64,000 bases of DNA, taken from NCBI GenBank assembly GCA_963714015.1, contig OY970223.1:544001-608000 (forward strand). Direction: 5' to 3'. This stretch comes from Vulcanimicrobiota bacterium (GTDB taxonomy: Bacteria; Vulcanimicrobiota; Vulcanimicrobiia; Vulcanimicrobiales; Vulcanimicrobiaceae). Both the position numbers and the translations under genes were made by a program. The notes under the pieces were generated by a model that was not told where the DNA came from, did no database searches, and saw only the letters and a program-made list of their open reading frames with translations. Numbering within the stretch: the first letter of the stretch is position 1; the number at the start of each line of letters is the position of its first letter. Positions 49,344 through 58,996 of this stretch are shown piece by piece.

Positions 49344-50912
49344 TTGCGTAAAGTCCTCGTCTCTGCGCGCGCCGTCGAATTGACAGTAGCCATGCTCAGT
49401 GCCGTAGCACTGGCTTTGGCGTTCCCTAAAGCGGGACAAGCGTGGCTCGCTCCGCTCGGTGCCGCAGGCCTCTTTTGGACCTGGCGGTCCCCTTCATGGA
49501 AACGCGCGTTCTTTACCGGATGGTTCGCCGGCGCCGTTTTTTTTGGAATCAACCTGTCGTGGATAACCTATACCGTCGGCAGCTACGTCGGCGCGCTGGC
49601 GTTCGCGGTCGTCATGATTCCCGCCCTCGTGGAGGGGCTGGCGTTCGCGCTGACGGCTGTGGCTTTTCGCGGCGCACTATTGGTCGCTCCGCAATGGCTC
49701 GCGCCCGCAGCGGGCGCAGCGGCTTTCGGCGTTTTCGAGTGGTTGCGATCGATCGGGATAACCGGCCTGCCGTTCGCGCAAATCGGTTATTCTCAAACCT
49801 CGACGCCGCTCGCCGTCTTCGCGGCGTACATCGGTTGTTTCGGCGTGACGTTCGTCGTCATGCTCATCGGCGGATACGTCGCTCATGCGGTGGTGACGCG
49901 GCGGCCCGGAGCGCTTGCCGTAGTCGTGCTGATCGTCGCCGCAAGTTGGGGCGTATGTTTTGCCGATTGGCCGGCGCGTCATACGCCGGCGCCGTTTATG
50001 CGCGTCGCAGCGGTGCAGGGCAACATCGCGCAATCGATCAAGTGGAATCCGCAGACGCTGCCGAGGAGTGTGTCGCGTTACACCGCTCTGACGGAAAAAC
50101 TGGCGCCCTTTCATCCGTCGCTCATCGTATGGCCGGAAACGGTCGTGACGACGGATCTCAACGACAACGAATTCACTGCCGTCATTCCGCGGCTACGCAA
50201 GCAGATTCCCCGCGATTCGTCGCTCAGTTCGCAATTCGCGCGGCTGGCGCACCGCATGAATGCAACGCTCGTCGTCGGCAGCGTCGATATTCACTACGGA
50301 CCCGAGAATCTTCGCGAGTACAACGCGCTTTACACGTACGGGCCCGCCGGTGTGCTCGAAAACATCTATGACAAGCGTCAGCTCGTGCCGTTCGTCGAGA
50401 GTCTCCCTGCTCCGCGGTTTTGGTCCTGGCTGCCGCACGCCGATCTGATTAGCCGGCTGGGTCACGGCATGGTTCCGGCCGTCATTCCGGCCGGACCTCT
50501 GGAATTTGCGCCGCTGATTTGCTGGGAATCCGCGTTTCCGGACATCATCCATTCTCAGTTGCAAAACGGGGCTCAGTTCCTCGTCATCTCCACTGACGAC
50601 GCATGGTTCGGTGAGACGTCGGGAACGTATCAGCATGCACAGATCGCGCAGATGCGCGCCATCGAGTCGGGCGAGTGGGTGCTTCAATCGGCGTCCACGG
50701 GGATCAGCGGAATCATCTCGCCCGCAGGTGATTGGACGGAGTCGCTCGGCGTCGAACGCGAGGGTATCGTCGCCGGCAACGTGGGTTTTCCCGCCGGTTC
50801 GCTGTTTGCGCGCATCGGTCCGAATCCCGTCATCTTCGGCTTCGTCGTGTTATACGGATTGGTGTTGATAGGCGGGTGGGCGCTGCGGCCGAGTGATAAT
50901 GCGGCGAATTAA
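49344..50912 (+). CDS. lnt: Apolipoprotein N-acyltransferase
   Basis: QGNI, WPE, YDK..LVPF.E, LICWES catalytic triad; multiple TMs. Confidence 0.95.
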   Translation: MRKVLVSARAVELTVAMLSAVALALAFPKAGQAWLAPLGAAGLFWTWRSPSWKRAFFTGWFAGAVFFGINLSWITYTVGSYVGALAFAVVMIPALVEGLAFALTAVAFRGALLVAPQWLAPAAGAAAFGVFEWLRSIGITGLPFAQIGYSQTSTPLAVFAAYIGCFGVTFVVMLIGGYVAHAVVTRRPGALAVVVLIVAASWGVCFADWPARHTPAPFMRVAAVQGNIAQSIKWNPQTLPRSVSRYTALTEKLAPFHPSLIVWPETVVTTDLNDNEFTAVIPRLRKQIPRDSSLSSQFARLAHRMNATLVVGSVDIHYGPENLREYNALYTYGPAGVLENIYDKRQLVPFVESLPAPRFWSWLPHADLISRLGHGMVPAVIPAGPLEFAPLICWESAFPDIIHSQLQNGAQFLVISTDDAWFGETSGTYQHAQIAQMRAIESGEWVLQSASTGISGIISPAGDWTESLGVEREGIVAGNVGFPAGSLFARIGPNPVIFGFVVLYGLVLIGGWALRPSDNAAN

Positions 50913-51462
50913 TTGGCGCAAGGCGGCATGGATTACCGGCGGCGTGCTGCTCGTTTGGCTGATCGTCGGGATTATTTTAGCGGGCAACGAGCCGGGCGGA
51001 ATACCACCCGGATCGGCGCCGATCACGCTGCGCGGCGGCCGCGTCACCGGCAACCGCATCAGCACGCGCAGCTGGTCGTTCCAATATACGAAGGCGCAGA
51101 CCACGCCGGACGGGACGTTCGCTACGATCGACGGAGTAAAGAACGGCATTTTGTACAAGAAGGGAAAACCGTACTTGAGGATCTCCGCGCAGCACGTGTC
51201 CCTCAATACGCAAACGCTCGATTTCACCGCGATCGGCGACGTTCACGTCTCGTCGATCAATCCGAATGACGGAATTCCCAAATCGTTCGACACCGATCTC
51301 GTCCAGTGGGGCAACAGCAGCAAACTGCTGCAGCTCACTCATCCCAGTATCGTGCATACCGGAAACGAGATATTGCGCGTCGCCACCATCACCGTCGACT
51401 TCAACACGAACGACGTGCATATGGGCAAGGTGCAAGGTTCGGTAGAGGCTCCGCTGCAGTGA
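50899..51462 (+). CDS. lptC: LptC-like periplasmic beta-jellyroll protein
   Basis: N-terminal TM anchor, GDVHV, TD..QW beta repeats; lnt/lpt context. Confidence 0.62.
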   Translation: MRRINWRKAAWITGGVLLVWLIVGIILAGNEPGGIPPGSAPITLRGGRVTGNRISTRSWSFQYTKAQTTPDGTFATIDGVKNGILYKKGKPYLRISAQHVSLNTQTLDFTAIGDVHVSSINPNDGIPKSFDTDLVQWGNSSKLLQLTHPSIVHTGNEILRVATITVDFNTNDVHMGKVQGSVEAPLQ

Positions 51463-51968
51463 AACGAATCCTCTGGTGCACGCTCGCGGCTGCCGCTATG
51501 GCCTGGTCGGGATGTGCTAAGAAGAGCCCGCAGAGTGCGCCGACGCGGTCCCCGCGTCCGATTGCGACGCTGCTCATTGAATCAAAGGGCATCACCATGC
51601 CGTTTAGGCTCGCGGTGCGCTCGCTCAGATTCCGGCCGTTCCTGCCGCGGGCGACCATCCTGGAAACAGCGGTTATCCCGCCGCTCAACGTCGACCGGCA
51701 AAAGAGCCACGGCATTGCGTTCGAGTATGCCTCGGCAAACAGCGTCCTACTGCTCTCCGAGTGGCCGAGAGCGGGCGCGAACCTGACGTGGGCCGACGCC
51801 GGCGGCACGCCTTGCGCACCCAGCGCCTATAAGGCCGGCAGTGTTATCTGGACGACTCACACGGGGCTTGTGATGACTCTGCAGCCGGATGGTGCTGTGG
51901 AACCCTCGAGCGTTCAGCGCGAGGCGCGCCGCTTGATTGCAAGCGGCGCCTGCGGAAAACCGGGCTAG
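51459..51968 (+). CDS. Hypothetical lipoprotein
   Basis: GTG overlaps the upstream stop; lipobox WSGC. Confidence 0.65.
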   Translation: MKRILWCTLAAAAMAWSGCAKKSPQSAPTRSPRPIATLLIESKGITMPFRLAVRSLRFRPFLPRATILETAVIPPLNVDRQKSHGIAFEYASANSVLLLSEWPRAGANLTWADAGGTPCAPSAYKAGSVIWTTHTGLVMTLQPDGAVEPSSVQREARRLIASGACGKPG

Positions 51969-52300
51969 GACTTCTCCTCGCCGGCTTCCGCACCCAGCTG
52001 CTTCTTCGCCTCAGCGATCAGCTTTTTGACTTTCTGACCGCCCTTGTGGCCGATTTCCTCGTAGAAGTCGGCCCCGTATTTTTCCTTGACCACCTTACCG
52101 CCTTTTTGGCCGATGCTCTCGTAGAACTCGACACCGTGGCGCTGACGGGTGGCCTGCCCTCCCTTGCGACCTATCTCCTCGTAAAAGCCCGAGCCATAGC
52201 GGTCTCGGACGGTGTTCCCGCCCTTTTTGCCGGCCTCACGCACCGACATTTCGCCACCCGGCTGCTTGTCGTCCGGCTCGCCTTTGGTGGGTTTTGCCAT
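51965..52300 (-). CDS. KGG-repeat general stress protein (GsiB/Em-like)
   Basis: MSVREAGKKGG plus three 20-aa FYE.IG.KGG repeats. Confidence 0.9.
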   Translation of the reverse strand: MAKPTKGEPDDKQPGGEMSVREAGKKGGNTVRDRYGSGFYEEIGRKGGQATRQRHGVEFYESIGQKGGKVVKEKYGADFYEEIGHKGGQKVKKLIAEAKKQLGAEAGEEKS

Positions 52301-52335
52301 GAAGTTGTCCCCGGAAAAAGCTTAGTTTGAAAAGT

Positions 52336-52554
52336 CTAGTTACTCTTGCGTTTTAGCTTCTGGCCGCCCTTTTGGCCGATGACCTCGTAAAACGAGGGAC
52401 CGTACTTTTCCTTGGTCGCCTCGCCGCCCTTGCGGCCGATCGCCTCGTAGAATTCGGTTCCGTATTTCGCCTTAACGCGCTCTCCACCGCGTTTTCCGGC
52501 TTCACGGACCGTCATACCCCCGCCGGGGCCGTTTTGGGGTTCTTGCATCGCCAT
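52336..52554 (-). CDS. KGG-repeat general stress protein (GsiB/Em-like)
   Basis: MTVREAGKRGG plus two FYE.IG.KGG repeats; GAGG RBS. Confidence 0.88.
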   Translation of the reverse strand: MAMQEPQNGPGGGMTVREAGKRGGERVKAKYGTEFYEAIGRKGGEATKEKYGPSFYEVIGQKGGQKLKRKSN

Positions 52555-52595
52555 GCTGGTTTCGCACCTCAAAGTGAGAAATGGTCGTCGAGTAA

Positions 52596-52620
52596 ATACC
52601 CACTCGACCGCCTGTTAAAC
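52596..52620 (-). promoter_or_regulatory. SigB/SigF-type promoter GTTTAA-N13-GGGTAT
   Basis: Matches the Bacillus SigB consensus, upstream of gsiB-like genes. Confidence 0.75.
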
Positions 52621-52646
52621 GAAGCAGCAGACAGGACTATTGCTCA

Positions 52647-54185
52647 GTGCTATCGACGGTGCTCCGGAACGCCGCAATACTCGACGGAACCGGGCGAACA
52701 GCTTATACCACAGATGTCGGGCTTTCAGGCGATCGAATTGCACTGATCGGCGATCTCTCCGATCGTGAAGCCGTCGAAAACATCGACTGCAGCGGAAAAA
52801 CATTGGCGCCCGGATTCATCGACGTCCACTCTCACAGCGACGAGCTCTGGCTGACGCTGCCGCGTTGCGACGGAAAAATTGCGCAGGGCGTCACCACCGA
52901 GATCGGCGGCAACTGCGGAACGTCGGTCGCACCCGTGCGGGACAGCTCCGCACAGTGGAAATCCCTGGACGAATTTTTCGGGATCGTCGAACGGAACGGT
53001 GTGGCGCTGAACGTCGCGACCCTTGCCGGATTGGGAAGCACGCGCCGCGCCGTGGCCGGCGATTCCGAGCACCGTTTGGAAAAGACCGAACTTGCCGCGC
53101 AAGCGAATCTCGTCCGCGAACTCTGCGAACAGGGCGCGCTCGGCGTATCGAGCGGCCTCATCTACCCGCCCTCGAGCTATGCGGATACCGCGGAGCTGGC
53201 GGCTATGGCCGCCGCCGCGCGCCAAGCCGGGGCGCCGCGCTACGCCTCGCACCTGCGTGACGAGGGCGACGGCGTCATCGACGCGGTCGAGGAGGCTCTC
53301 GAGATCGGACGCCAAGCCGAAGTCATCGTCGAGTGTTCGCATCACAAAGCCGCCGGCAAACGCAATTGGGGCAAGGTACATGCGACGCTGCAGCTGATCG
53401 AAGCAGCGCGAAGCCGCGGCTTGGAAGTCTATTGTGACGTGTATCCCTACGTTGCAAGCTGGACGGATCTGGCGACGCTCCTTCCGCCCCAAGCACGGTT
53501 CGGCGGACTGGATGCAACGCTCGAGCGGCTGGCCGATCCGCCGAGCGCCGAGGCGATCGCGCTGTATCTGAATCTGCGCAACGCCGATTGCTGGCACGAC
53601 GTGATGATTACGGACGCCGGAAGTGAGAAGAACAGCGCGCTCGCCGGCCTGCGGCTTGACGAAATCGGCCGCCGCGTGCGGTTGACGCCGGCGCGCGCGG
53701 TCATCCGGCTGCTGCTGGAGGAGCGGCTCGAGGTGGGCGCGGTGTTCTTCACGATGAACGAAGAAGACGTCGCGACAGTGCTTTCAGCGGGGTTTTGCTG
53801 CGTCGGCAGCGATGCGTCGGTCCGCGCCCTCCAAGGACCGACTGCTCGAGGCGTGCCCCACCCGCGCACGTTCGGCACCTTCCCCCGAATCTTCGGACGA
53901 TTCGTTCGTCAGCGGCGCACGCTGGATTTGCCGGAAGCGGTTCGGCGCATGACCTCGCTGCCTGCGTCGATCTTCGGCCTGCAAGATCGCGGCATCGTCG
54001 CGGCAGATAAGTTTGCGGATTTGGTCGTCTTCGACGCGGAGCGCGTTCGCGATACGGCGACGTACGAGGCGCCGTACAGTCTTCCCACCGGAATAGAGCA
54101 CGTCTTCGTGAACGGGCGCGCGGTCCTGCGCAACGGTTCCTTCACCGCCGATCGGCCGGGACGCGTCCTGCGCGGCGGCAAGTAA
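52647..54185 (+). CDS. N-acyl-D-amino-acid deacylase (amidohydrolase)
   Basis: PGFIDVHSHSD, GNCG, SHLRDE, DVYPY, GSD, HPR.FGTFPR. Confidence 0.92.
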   Translation: MLSTVLRNAAILDGTGRTAYTTDVGLSGDRIALIGDLSDREAVENIDCSGKTLAPGFIDVHSHSDELWLTLPRCDGKIAQGVTTEIGGNCGTSVAPVRDSSAQWKSLDEFFGIVERNGVALNVATLAGLGSTRRAVAGDSEHRLEKTELAAQANLVRELCEQGALGVSSGLIYPPSSYADTAELAAMAAAARQAGAPRYASHLRDEGDGVIDAVEEALEIGRQAEVIVECSHHKAAGKRNWGKVHATLQLIEAARSRGLEVYCDVYPYVASWTDLATLLPPQARFGGLDATLERLADPPSAEAIALYLNLRNADCWHDVMITDAGSEKNSALAGLRLDEIGRRVRLTPARAVIRLLLEERLEVGAVFFTMNEEDVATVLSAGFCCVGSDASVRALQGPTARGVPHPRTFGTFPRIFGRFVRQRRTLDLPEAVRRMTSLPASIFGLQDRGIVAADKFADLVVFDAERVRDTATYEAPYSLPTGIEHVFVNGRAVLRNGSFTADRPGRVLRGGK

Positions 54186-54211
54186 CGCGAAAGCGTCGAA
54201 CGGAAAGCAGC

Positions 54212-54841
54212 ATGTACGTACCGCCGCACTTTTCAGAAACCGATCCCGCTCGCATCCTCGGCTTCATAAAAGCGCGGCCGTTCGGTTTACTGATCTCCAT
54301 TATCGATGAGAAACCGTTTGCGACCCACGTGCCGTTCGTGGTTCTGAACGAAGGCAGCGATCTCGTCCTGGGCGCGCACGTCGCCCGCGCGAACGCACAG
54401 TGGCGCTCGATTCAGAATGCTGCCGTGCTGGCCGTTTTTGAAGGCGCGCACGCGCACGTCTCGGCCGCGTGGTACGAACATCCCGAGAAGACCGTACCCA
54501 CATGGAACTACGCTGCCGTGCATTGCTCGGGGCGGGCCGAAACGGCGAGCGTGGACGAAACGCGCGCAATCTTGGATCGGCTCGTGAACGAAAACGAAGG
54601 TCCTGCCGGATGGACGATGCAGACGGCGCCGCAAGCGTACATCGAACAGATGCTTCAGGCAATCGTGGGAATTCGCATCGCGGTCGAGCGGGTCGACGCT
54701 CAGTTCAAATATAGTCAAAACCGGACCGAGTACGATCGTGCTCGCGTGATGGCGCATTTGGCGGATTCAAGTAATCCGGAAGCGCGCGCGCTGGCCCGCG
54801 ACATGCGGGCGTACTACGTTCCCGAACCGCCGCCCGCGTGA
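54212..54841 (+). CDS. PaiB-like FMN-binding negative transcriptional regulator
   Basis: MYVP.HF, HVARAN, VPTWNY..VH, K.SQNR. Confidence 0.9.
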   Translation: MYVPPHFSETDPARILGFIKARPFGLLISIIDEKPFATHVPFVVLNEGSDLVLGAHVARANAQWRSIQNAAVLAVFEGAHAHVSAAWYEHPEKTVPTWNYAAVHCSGRAETASVDETRAILDRLVNENEGPAGWTMQTAPQAYIEQMLQAIVGIRIAVERVDAQFKYSQNRTEYDRARVMAHLADSSNPEARALARDMRAYYVPEPPPA

Positions 54842-56934
54842 AAGACGTACTTGACGATGAGGCGATGAAGCGTCTGCACTGCGGCGGGCGTTCCATACTC
54901 CAAGTAGAGCAAGTCCTGGTTCGGAAAACGCTTCTGGTAGAGCAGCGAGAAGTTGGTGCCGGGGAGCGCAAATCCACCCGTTCCGTTGATCGATCGCAGC
55001 GCGATGCCGATCGACGAATCGTGACCGAACGAGCGCGAGACCGTTAGCCGGCGCAGCCACTGCGAATTGAAGATCGGTCCGCCGGCACTCGTCCGTTCGA
55101 TATTGCCGTCGTATTCGATTGCGGCGTCGTACGCGCCGAACACGCGGGTAGCGCCCGCATTGGTCTGCTGGACGTAAAATCCTGAGAACGGCCCCCACGT
55201 GTAGCCGAGCGTGACGGGCTGCGGCGTAGACTCGCGGTAGCCCAGCTGAATCTGCCGCCGGTTGAACGAGTCGATGACGCCCGGCGCGACCTGCAGTTCG
55301 CTTGGGCCGAAGAAACCTTGCAGCGAGACCAAATCGCGAAACTGCAGATTGTAGAATGCGTTGATATCGGCTTCGTGCACGCTGCCGTCCGTGGCCAAAT
55401 ACCGATCGCTCGTAACGCTGGCGGTGTACGAGAGAACCGGGCTGCGCGCCGATCCCGTGCCGTTGTATCCGGCCGTCAGCGCCGGGCCGCGCGCATCGTT
55501 GATTGCGGTGTAGCCGTCGATCGGACCGTATCCGGGTGACGTATCGCGATAGAATGCCGCCAAATTGAAATGCTGGTTGTGCAGCCCCTCGGTGACGTTG
55601 AAGTCGTGCGCCGCGCCTGTGAGCGTGTTGCTCTCGCTCGCAAACTCAACCTGCGTAGTCTCCCCCGAATGCGGATTGATGCGCGCGAGGCCGTAGCCGC
55701 CGGTCTCGTCCCGGACCCCGTCGTGATTCGCGACGACGTCTTCAGTGCTTACGCCCGCATCGCCGTTGGGCGTGGTAAACGCATATCCGAGCGCGTCGTC
55801 ATCCAAGCCCGGGCCCACCACGTTCAACAAGCCCACCGCGTTCTGGCCGGCCGTGCCTTCGACTTTGAGACCGCGATTGAATATTCCGATCGACGGCGTG
55901 TAGAACATCGAGCTTCCGCCAAAGGCACCGATCTGCGGAACGGCATTGATGTACTGCGCGCCTTGGGAGAAAAACGGCCGGTACTCTTGGTAGGCCTTCT
56001 GGAATTCCTGCGGCTGAATCGAGGTCTGATCTTCTTCGACGTTCGAAAAATCCGGATTCAGCGTGCCTACGAACGCCAGCGTATTCGTAAATGGATACGT
56101 TACGTCCAGGCCCGCCACACGAGGAGACTGCTGCTGAAACTCGCCGATCCCGTTTTGAAAAACGTTGCGCTGAGATCCGGCGCTCTCGAGAACGAAGGCG
56201 TCGGCCTGCGGTTTGGGTCTGGCGGCGGAAGCAATGCGTATCTGCGTCAGCCACGGCCAAAATTGCACGGACGTCGTGTTCTGCATCACCGGCTGGTACG
56301 CCCAAGTGTAATCCACGTTTCGCGCCGCAATGAATCGTTCAAAGTTGAACCGCCACTGTTGGACGGGTGCGGCTTGCGCCCGGATGTCGCTGAGCGGAAT
56401 GACCATCATGACGTCGTAGTCTCCGCTGCGTCCGACGCTCGCGAGCGACTGCCACGGCGGAGCGTACCGTGTGTTCTCGGACGAGGACTCGTCGTGAATC
56501 CCGATGGGATTGACGCGGAACGTGTAGGTGCGCGACCCGTTGCCGGACGTATCGATGTCGAAGCTGACGTGGTCGTCGCTGCCGACTCCTGCGTGATCGA
56601 TGCGCTGCGCGGCGGTTATCGGAACGCCGCCTTGCGCGCAGTGAAACGCGACGTACAGATTCGTGTCGTCGTACAGGAAGTACGCCGTCGTCGCGTATTC
56701 GGCGGCGCGGCGATTGCTGAAGTCGATGAAGTCCCGCGCGGTGAGCGCCCGCTGCCACACCGGCGCGGTTGCAACGGCACTGAGCGGCGGCGGCGAAGAG
56801 GTCTTGACGGCCGGAAAGTGACCGGCCGAGGAAACGAACGCGAGCGCTGCAGCGGGAGCAAAGAAAAAGCCGGCGGCCCCGGCAAAACGCAGTCCGCGCC
56901 ATGCTTTACACGGCATCAATTTGGCACTCTTCAA
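54814..56934 (-). CDS. CBM9-like/DUF5916 outer-membrane protein
   Basis: YDD.NLYVAF, F.VNP.G...D, TLNPDFS.VE.D, E.RPFF. Start uncertain. Confidence 0.78.
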   Translation of the reverse strand: MKSAKLMPCKAWRGLRFAGAAGFFFAPAAALAFVSSAGHFPAVKTSSPPPLSAVATAPVWQRALTARDFIDFSNRRAAEYATTAYFLYDDTNLYVAFHCAQGGVPITAAQRIDHAGVGSDDHVSFDIDTSGNGSRTYTFRVNPIGIHDESSSENTRYAPPWQSLASVGRSGDYDVMMVIPLSDIRAQAAPVQQWRFNFERFIAARNVDYTWAYQPVMQNTTSVQFWPWLTQIRIASAARPKPQADAFVLESAGSQRNVFQNGIGEFQQQSPRVAGLDVTYPFTNTLAFVGTLNPDFSNVEEDQTSIQPQEFQKAYQEYRPFFSQGAQYINAVPQIGAFGGSSMFYTPSIGIFNRGLKVEGTAGQNAVGLLNVVGPGLDDDALGYAFTTPNGDAGVSTEDVVANHDGVRDETGGYGLARINPHSGETTQVEFASESNTLTGAAHDFNVTEGLHNQHFNLAAFYRDTSPGYGPIDGYTAINDARGPALTAGYNGTGSARSPVLSYTASVTSDRYLATDGSVHEADINAFYNLQFRDLVSLQGFFGPSELQVAPGVIDSFNRRQIQLGYRESTPQPVTLGYTWGPFSGFYVQQTNAGATRVFGAYDAAIEYDGNIERTSAGGPIFNSQWLRRLTVSRSFGHDSSIGIALRSINGTGGFALPGTNFSLLYQKRFPNQDLLYLEYGTPAAVQTLHRLIVKYVFHAGGGSGT

Positions 56935-57124
56935 GGCGACTCCATGCTGCTTATCGCTATACTACTCCGGCGCGTGACTGAGCGCTATGCGTTACCACAG
57001 GGTGTGCCAAGCAGCCCGAGGGTCGCGCGGGCGGCGAGAGAACGCGTTTAGGGTTCTGGGCGGCGGTGGAATACTGAGAGAGTCAAGACAAGACAGAGGT
57101 TTAGTCCAATGGCTTAGCTCTGGA

Positions 57125-57153
57125 ATGAAGGACCGGTCATGCCGGTCCTTCAT
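57125..57153. terminator. 12-bp perfect hairpin at the coaE 3' end
   Basis: ATGAAGGACCGG-N5-CCGGTCCTTCAT; weak U-tail. Confidence 0.55.
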
Positions 57154-57752
57154 GCACTCCTCGGCTTATTCACTTGGGCCGCAATAGTATCGTAGACGCC
57201 GCGCGTTCGCGCTCTGAGATGGGCAAGGTCGCCGTCGTTCTCGATGCAATACGTTGCGCGCAGGCGCGCTTGATCCGGCGGAATTTGTGCCGCGATACGG
57301 GCGCGCACTTGAGAGTCGCTCATTCGATCCCGTTTGACGACGCGTGCGATGCGCGCCTCTTCCGGGGCGATAACCACGATGGAGGCGTCGACGCGCTGGT
57401 CGTAACCCGTTTCGAACAGCAGCGGAACCACGTGGACGATCAGCTGCTCGGCACGCGCGTAGCGCTCGGCGTCTTCCGCCAAACGCCGGACGTGCGGATG
57501 AACGATCGCATTTAGGCGGTCTCGCGCAGTCGGATCGTGAAAGACGATTTCGGCGAGCGCCGCGCGATCGAGCCAGTCGTCGCGCACAACCCGCGGCCAT
57601 ACACGGGCGATCTGCCGCAAACCATCACTGCCGGGCGCAACCGCTTCGCGCGCCAGTTTGTCCGTGTCGATGATGTAGGCACCCAGTGATTCGAGGATCC
57701 GCGCGACCTCGCTCTTCCCCGATCCGATGCCCCCGGTAAGTCCGACTCTCAT
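57150..57752 (-). CDS. coaE: Dephospho-CoA kinase
   Basis: GLTGGIGSGKS, IDTD, DR..LA..VF, IVHP, PLLFE. Confidence 0.95.
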   Translation of the reverse strand: MRVGLTGGIGSGKSEVARILESLGAYIIDTDKLAREAVAPGSDGLRQIARVWPRVVRDDWLDRAALAEIVFHDPTARDRLNAIVHPHVRRLAEDAERYARAEQLIVHVVPLLFETGYDQRVDASIVVIAPEEARIARVVKRDRMSDSQVRARIAAQIPPDQARLRATYCIENDGDLAHLRARTRGVYDTIAAQVNKPRSA

Positions 57753-57792
57753 AAAGAAAGAGTGCCACCGCTTCGACGCGGCGGCACTCTTT
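57753..57792 (-). terminator. Intrinsic terminator after rpsA
   Basis: AAAGAGUGCCGCCGC-loop-GCGGUGGCACUCUUU followed by CUUU. Confidence 0.75.
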
Positions 57793-57812
57793 ACTTGTGA
57801 CGGGGATGCCGT

Positions 57813-58967
57813 TTATTCGGCGGGCGCCGGCAACTCGTCGGCAATCGTGCCCACGCCTTCTTCGTCGACGACGTATTTCTCGATCTCCTCGGGCGGAATA
57901 TCCGCAACGTGCTGGATCGAGGCCGTGATGCGACGCGTCGAGTGGTTGATCGTCAGCAGCGTCACTTCCACTTCTTGTCCGGGGCTGAACTGGGCACCCG
58001 GATCGAACTCGCCCTTGGGCACCATCGCAAGCACGCCGGGAACGATCTCGACGAGGAGATAGTTCGGCGTGACTTTCACGATTTGAGCCGTGAGTTTGTT
58101 CGTTTCGTAGAGCTTGTCCGCATGCTGATCCCAAGGATCCGGAAGCGTGTGTTTGAGCGACAAGCTGACCTTTTTGGCTTCGGCGTCGAATTTCATGATC
58201 TCGACGTTGACGACGTCGCCGATCTTGACGACTTCGGACGGATGCTTGATTCGCGCGTAGCTCAGTTCGCTGTTGTGAATCAATCCGTCGATGCCGCCCA
58301 AGTCCACGAAAGCCCCGAACTCGGCAAGACGCACGACGACGCCCTCGCGAATTTGGCCCACCTCGAGCGTGCCCAACAGTTCTTGCTTCTTGGCGTTGAG
58401 CTCTTCTTCGAGAACCAGACGCTGAGAAAGCACGACGCGATGGCGCTTGTGATCCAGATCGATGACCTTCAGGCGAAGCCGCTTACCGATCAGTTCGTCC
58501 AGATTGCCCACCGGCTGCCGGCGTATCTGCGAGGCAGGAACGAATCCGCGCATGCCAAGGTCGACAAGCACGCCGCCTTTGACGACCTGCGTGACGGTTG
58601 CTTCGATCACTTCGTCGCGATCGTGCGCTTCGATGACCTTCTCCCAAGTTTTGAGCGCGCGCGCCCGCCGCTCGGACAGGAACAGCGTACCGTCTTGATC
58701 GTCGATGCGATGGATCATCACCTCGAGCGTATCGTTGACTTTGAGATCTTTGGGTTCGATCGCGAGGGAGAGCTCGCGGAAGGGCAAAACGCCTTCCGAC
58801 TTGCCGCCGATGTCTACCAGCAGTTCGTCCTGGTACTTGGCAACGATGAGGCCGTTGAGGACTTGGCCTTCGTCGAGGACTTTGAGGGATTCTTCGTAGA
58901 GGCGCTGCTCGAGTGCAAGTTGATCTTCTTCTTCGTGTTGCACCGGAGCGATGTCAGTCGTAGAGAT
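57813..58967 (-). CDS. rpsA: 30S ribosomal protein S1 (short, about four S1 domains)
   Basis: VDIG.KSEG, GFVPASQ, FGAFVDLGG.DGLIH.SEL. Start is ATC 58967 or GTG 58943. Confidence 0.92.
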   Translation of the reverse strand: MSTTDIAPVQHEEEDQLALEQRLYEESLKVLDEGQVLNGLIVAKYQDELLVDIGGKSEGVLPFRELSLAIEPKDLKVNDTLEVMIHRIDDQDGTLFLSERRARALKTWEKVIEAHDRDEVIEATVTQVVKGGVLVDLGMRGFVPASQIRRQPVGNLDELIGKRLRLKVIDLDHKRHRVVLSQRLVLEEELNAKKQELLGTLEVGQIREGVVVRLAEFGAFVDLGGIDGLIHNSELSYARIKHPSEVVKIGDVVNVEIMKFDAEAKKVSLSLKHTLPDPWDQHADKLYETNKLTAQIVKVTPNYLLVEIVPGVLAMVPKGEFDPGAQFSPGQEVEVTLLTINHSTRRITASIQHVADIPPEEIEKYVVDEEGVGTIADELPAPAE

Positions 58968-58996
58968 TGTGTATTTCCTACCTTAATTTAAAATTT

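Noticed and set aside
51990..52500. 60-bp periodic DNA repeats as a CRISPR-like array
   Set aside because: They are the degenerate 20-aa KGG coding repeats; no cas genes.
55570..57051. Long antisense ORFs (also 44999..46342, 57909..58991, 13014..14261)
   Set aside because: Shadows of real genes in high-GC DNA, with no motifs.
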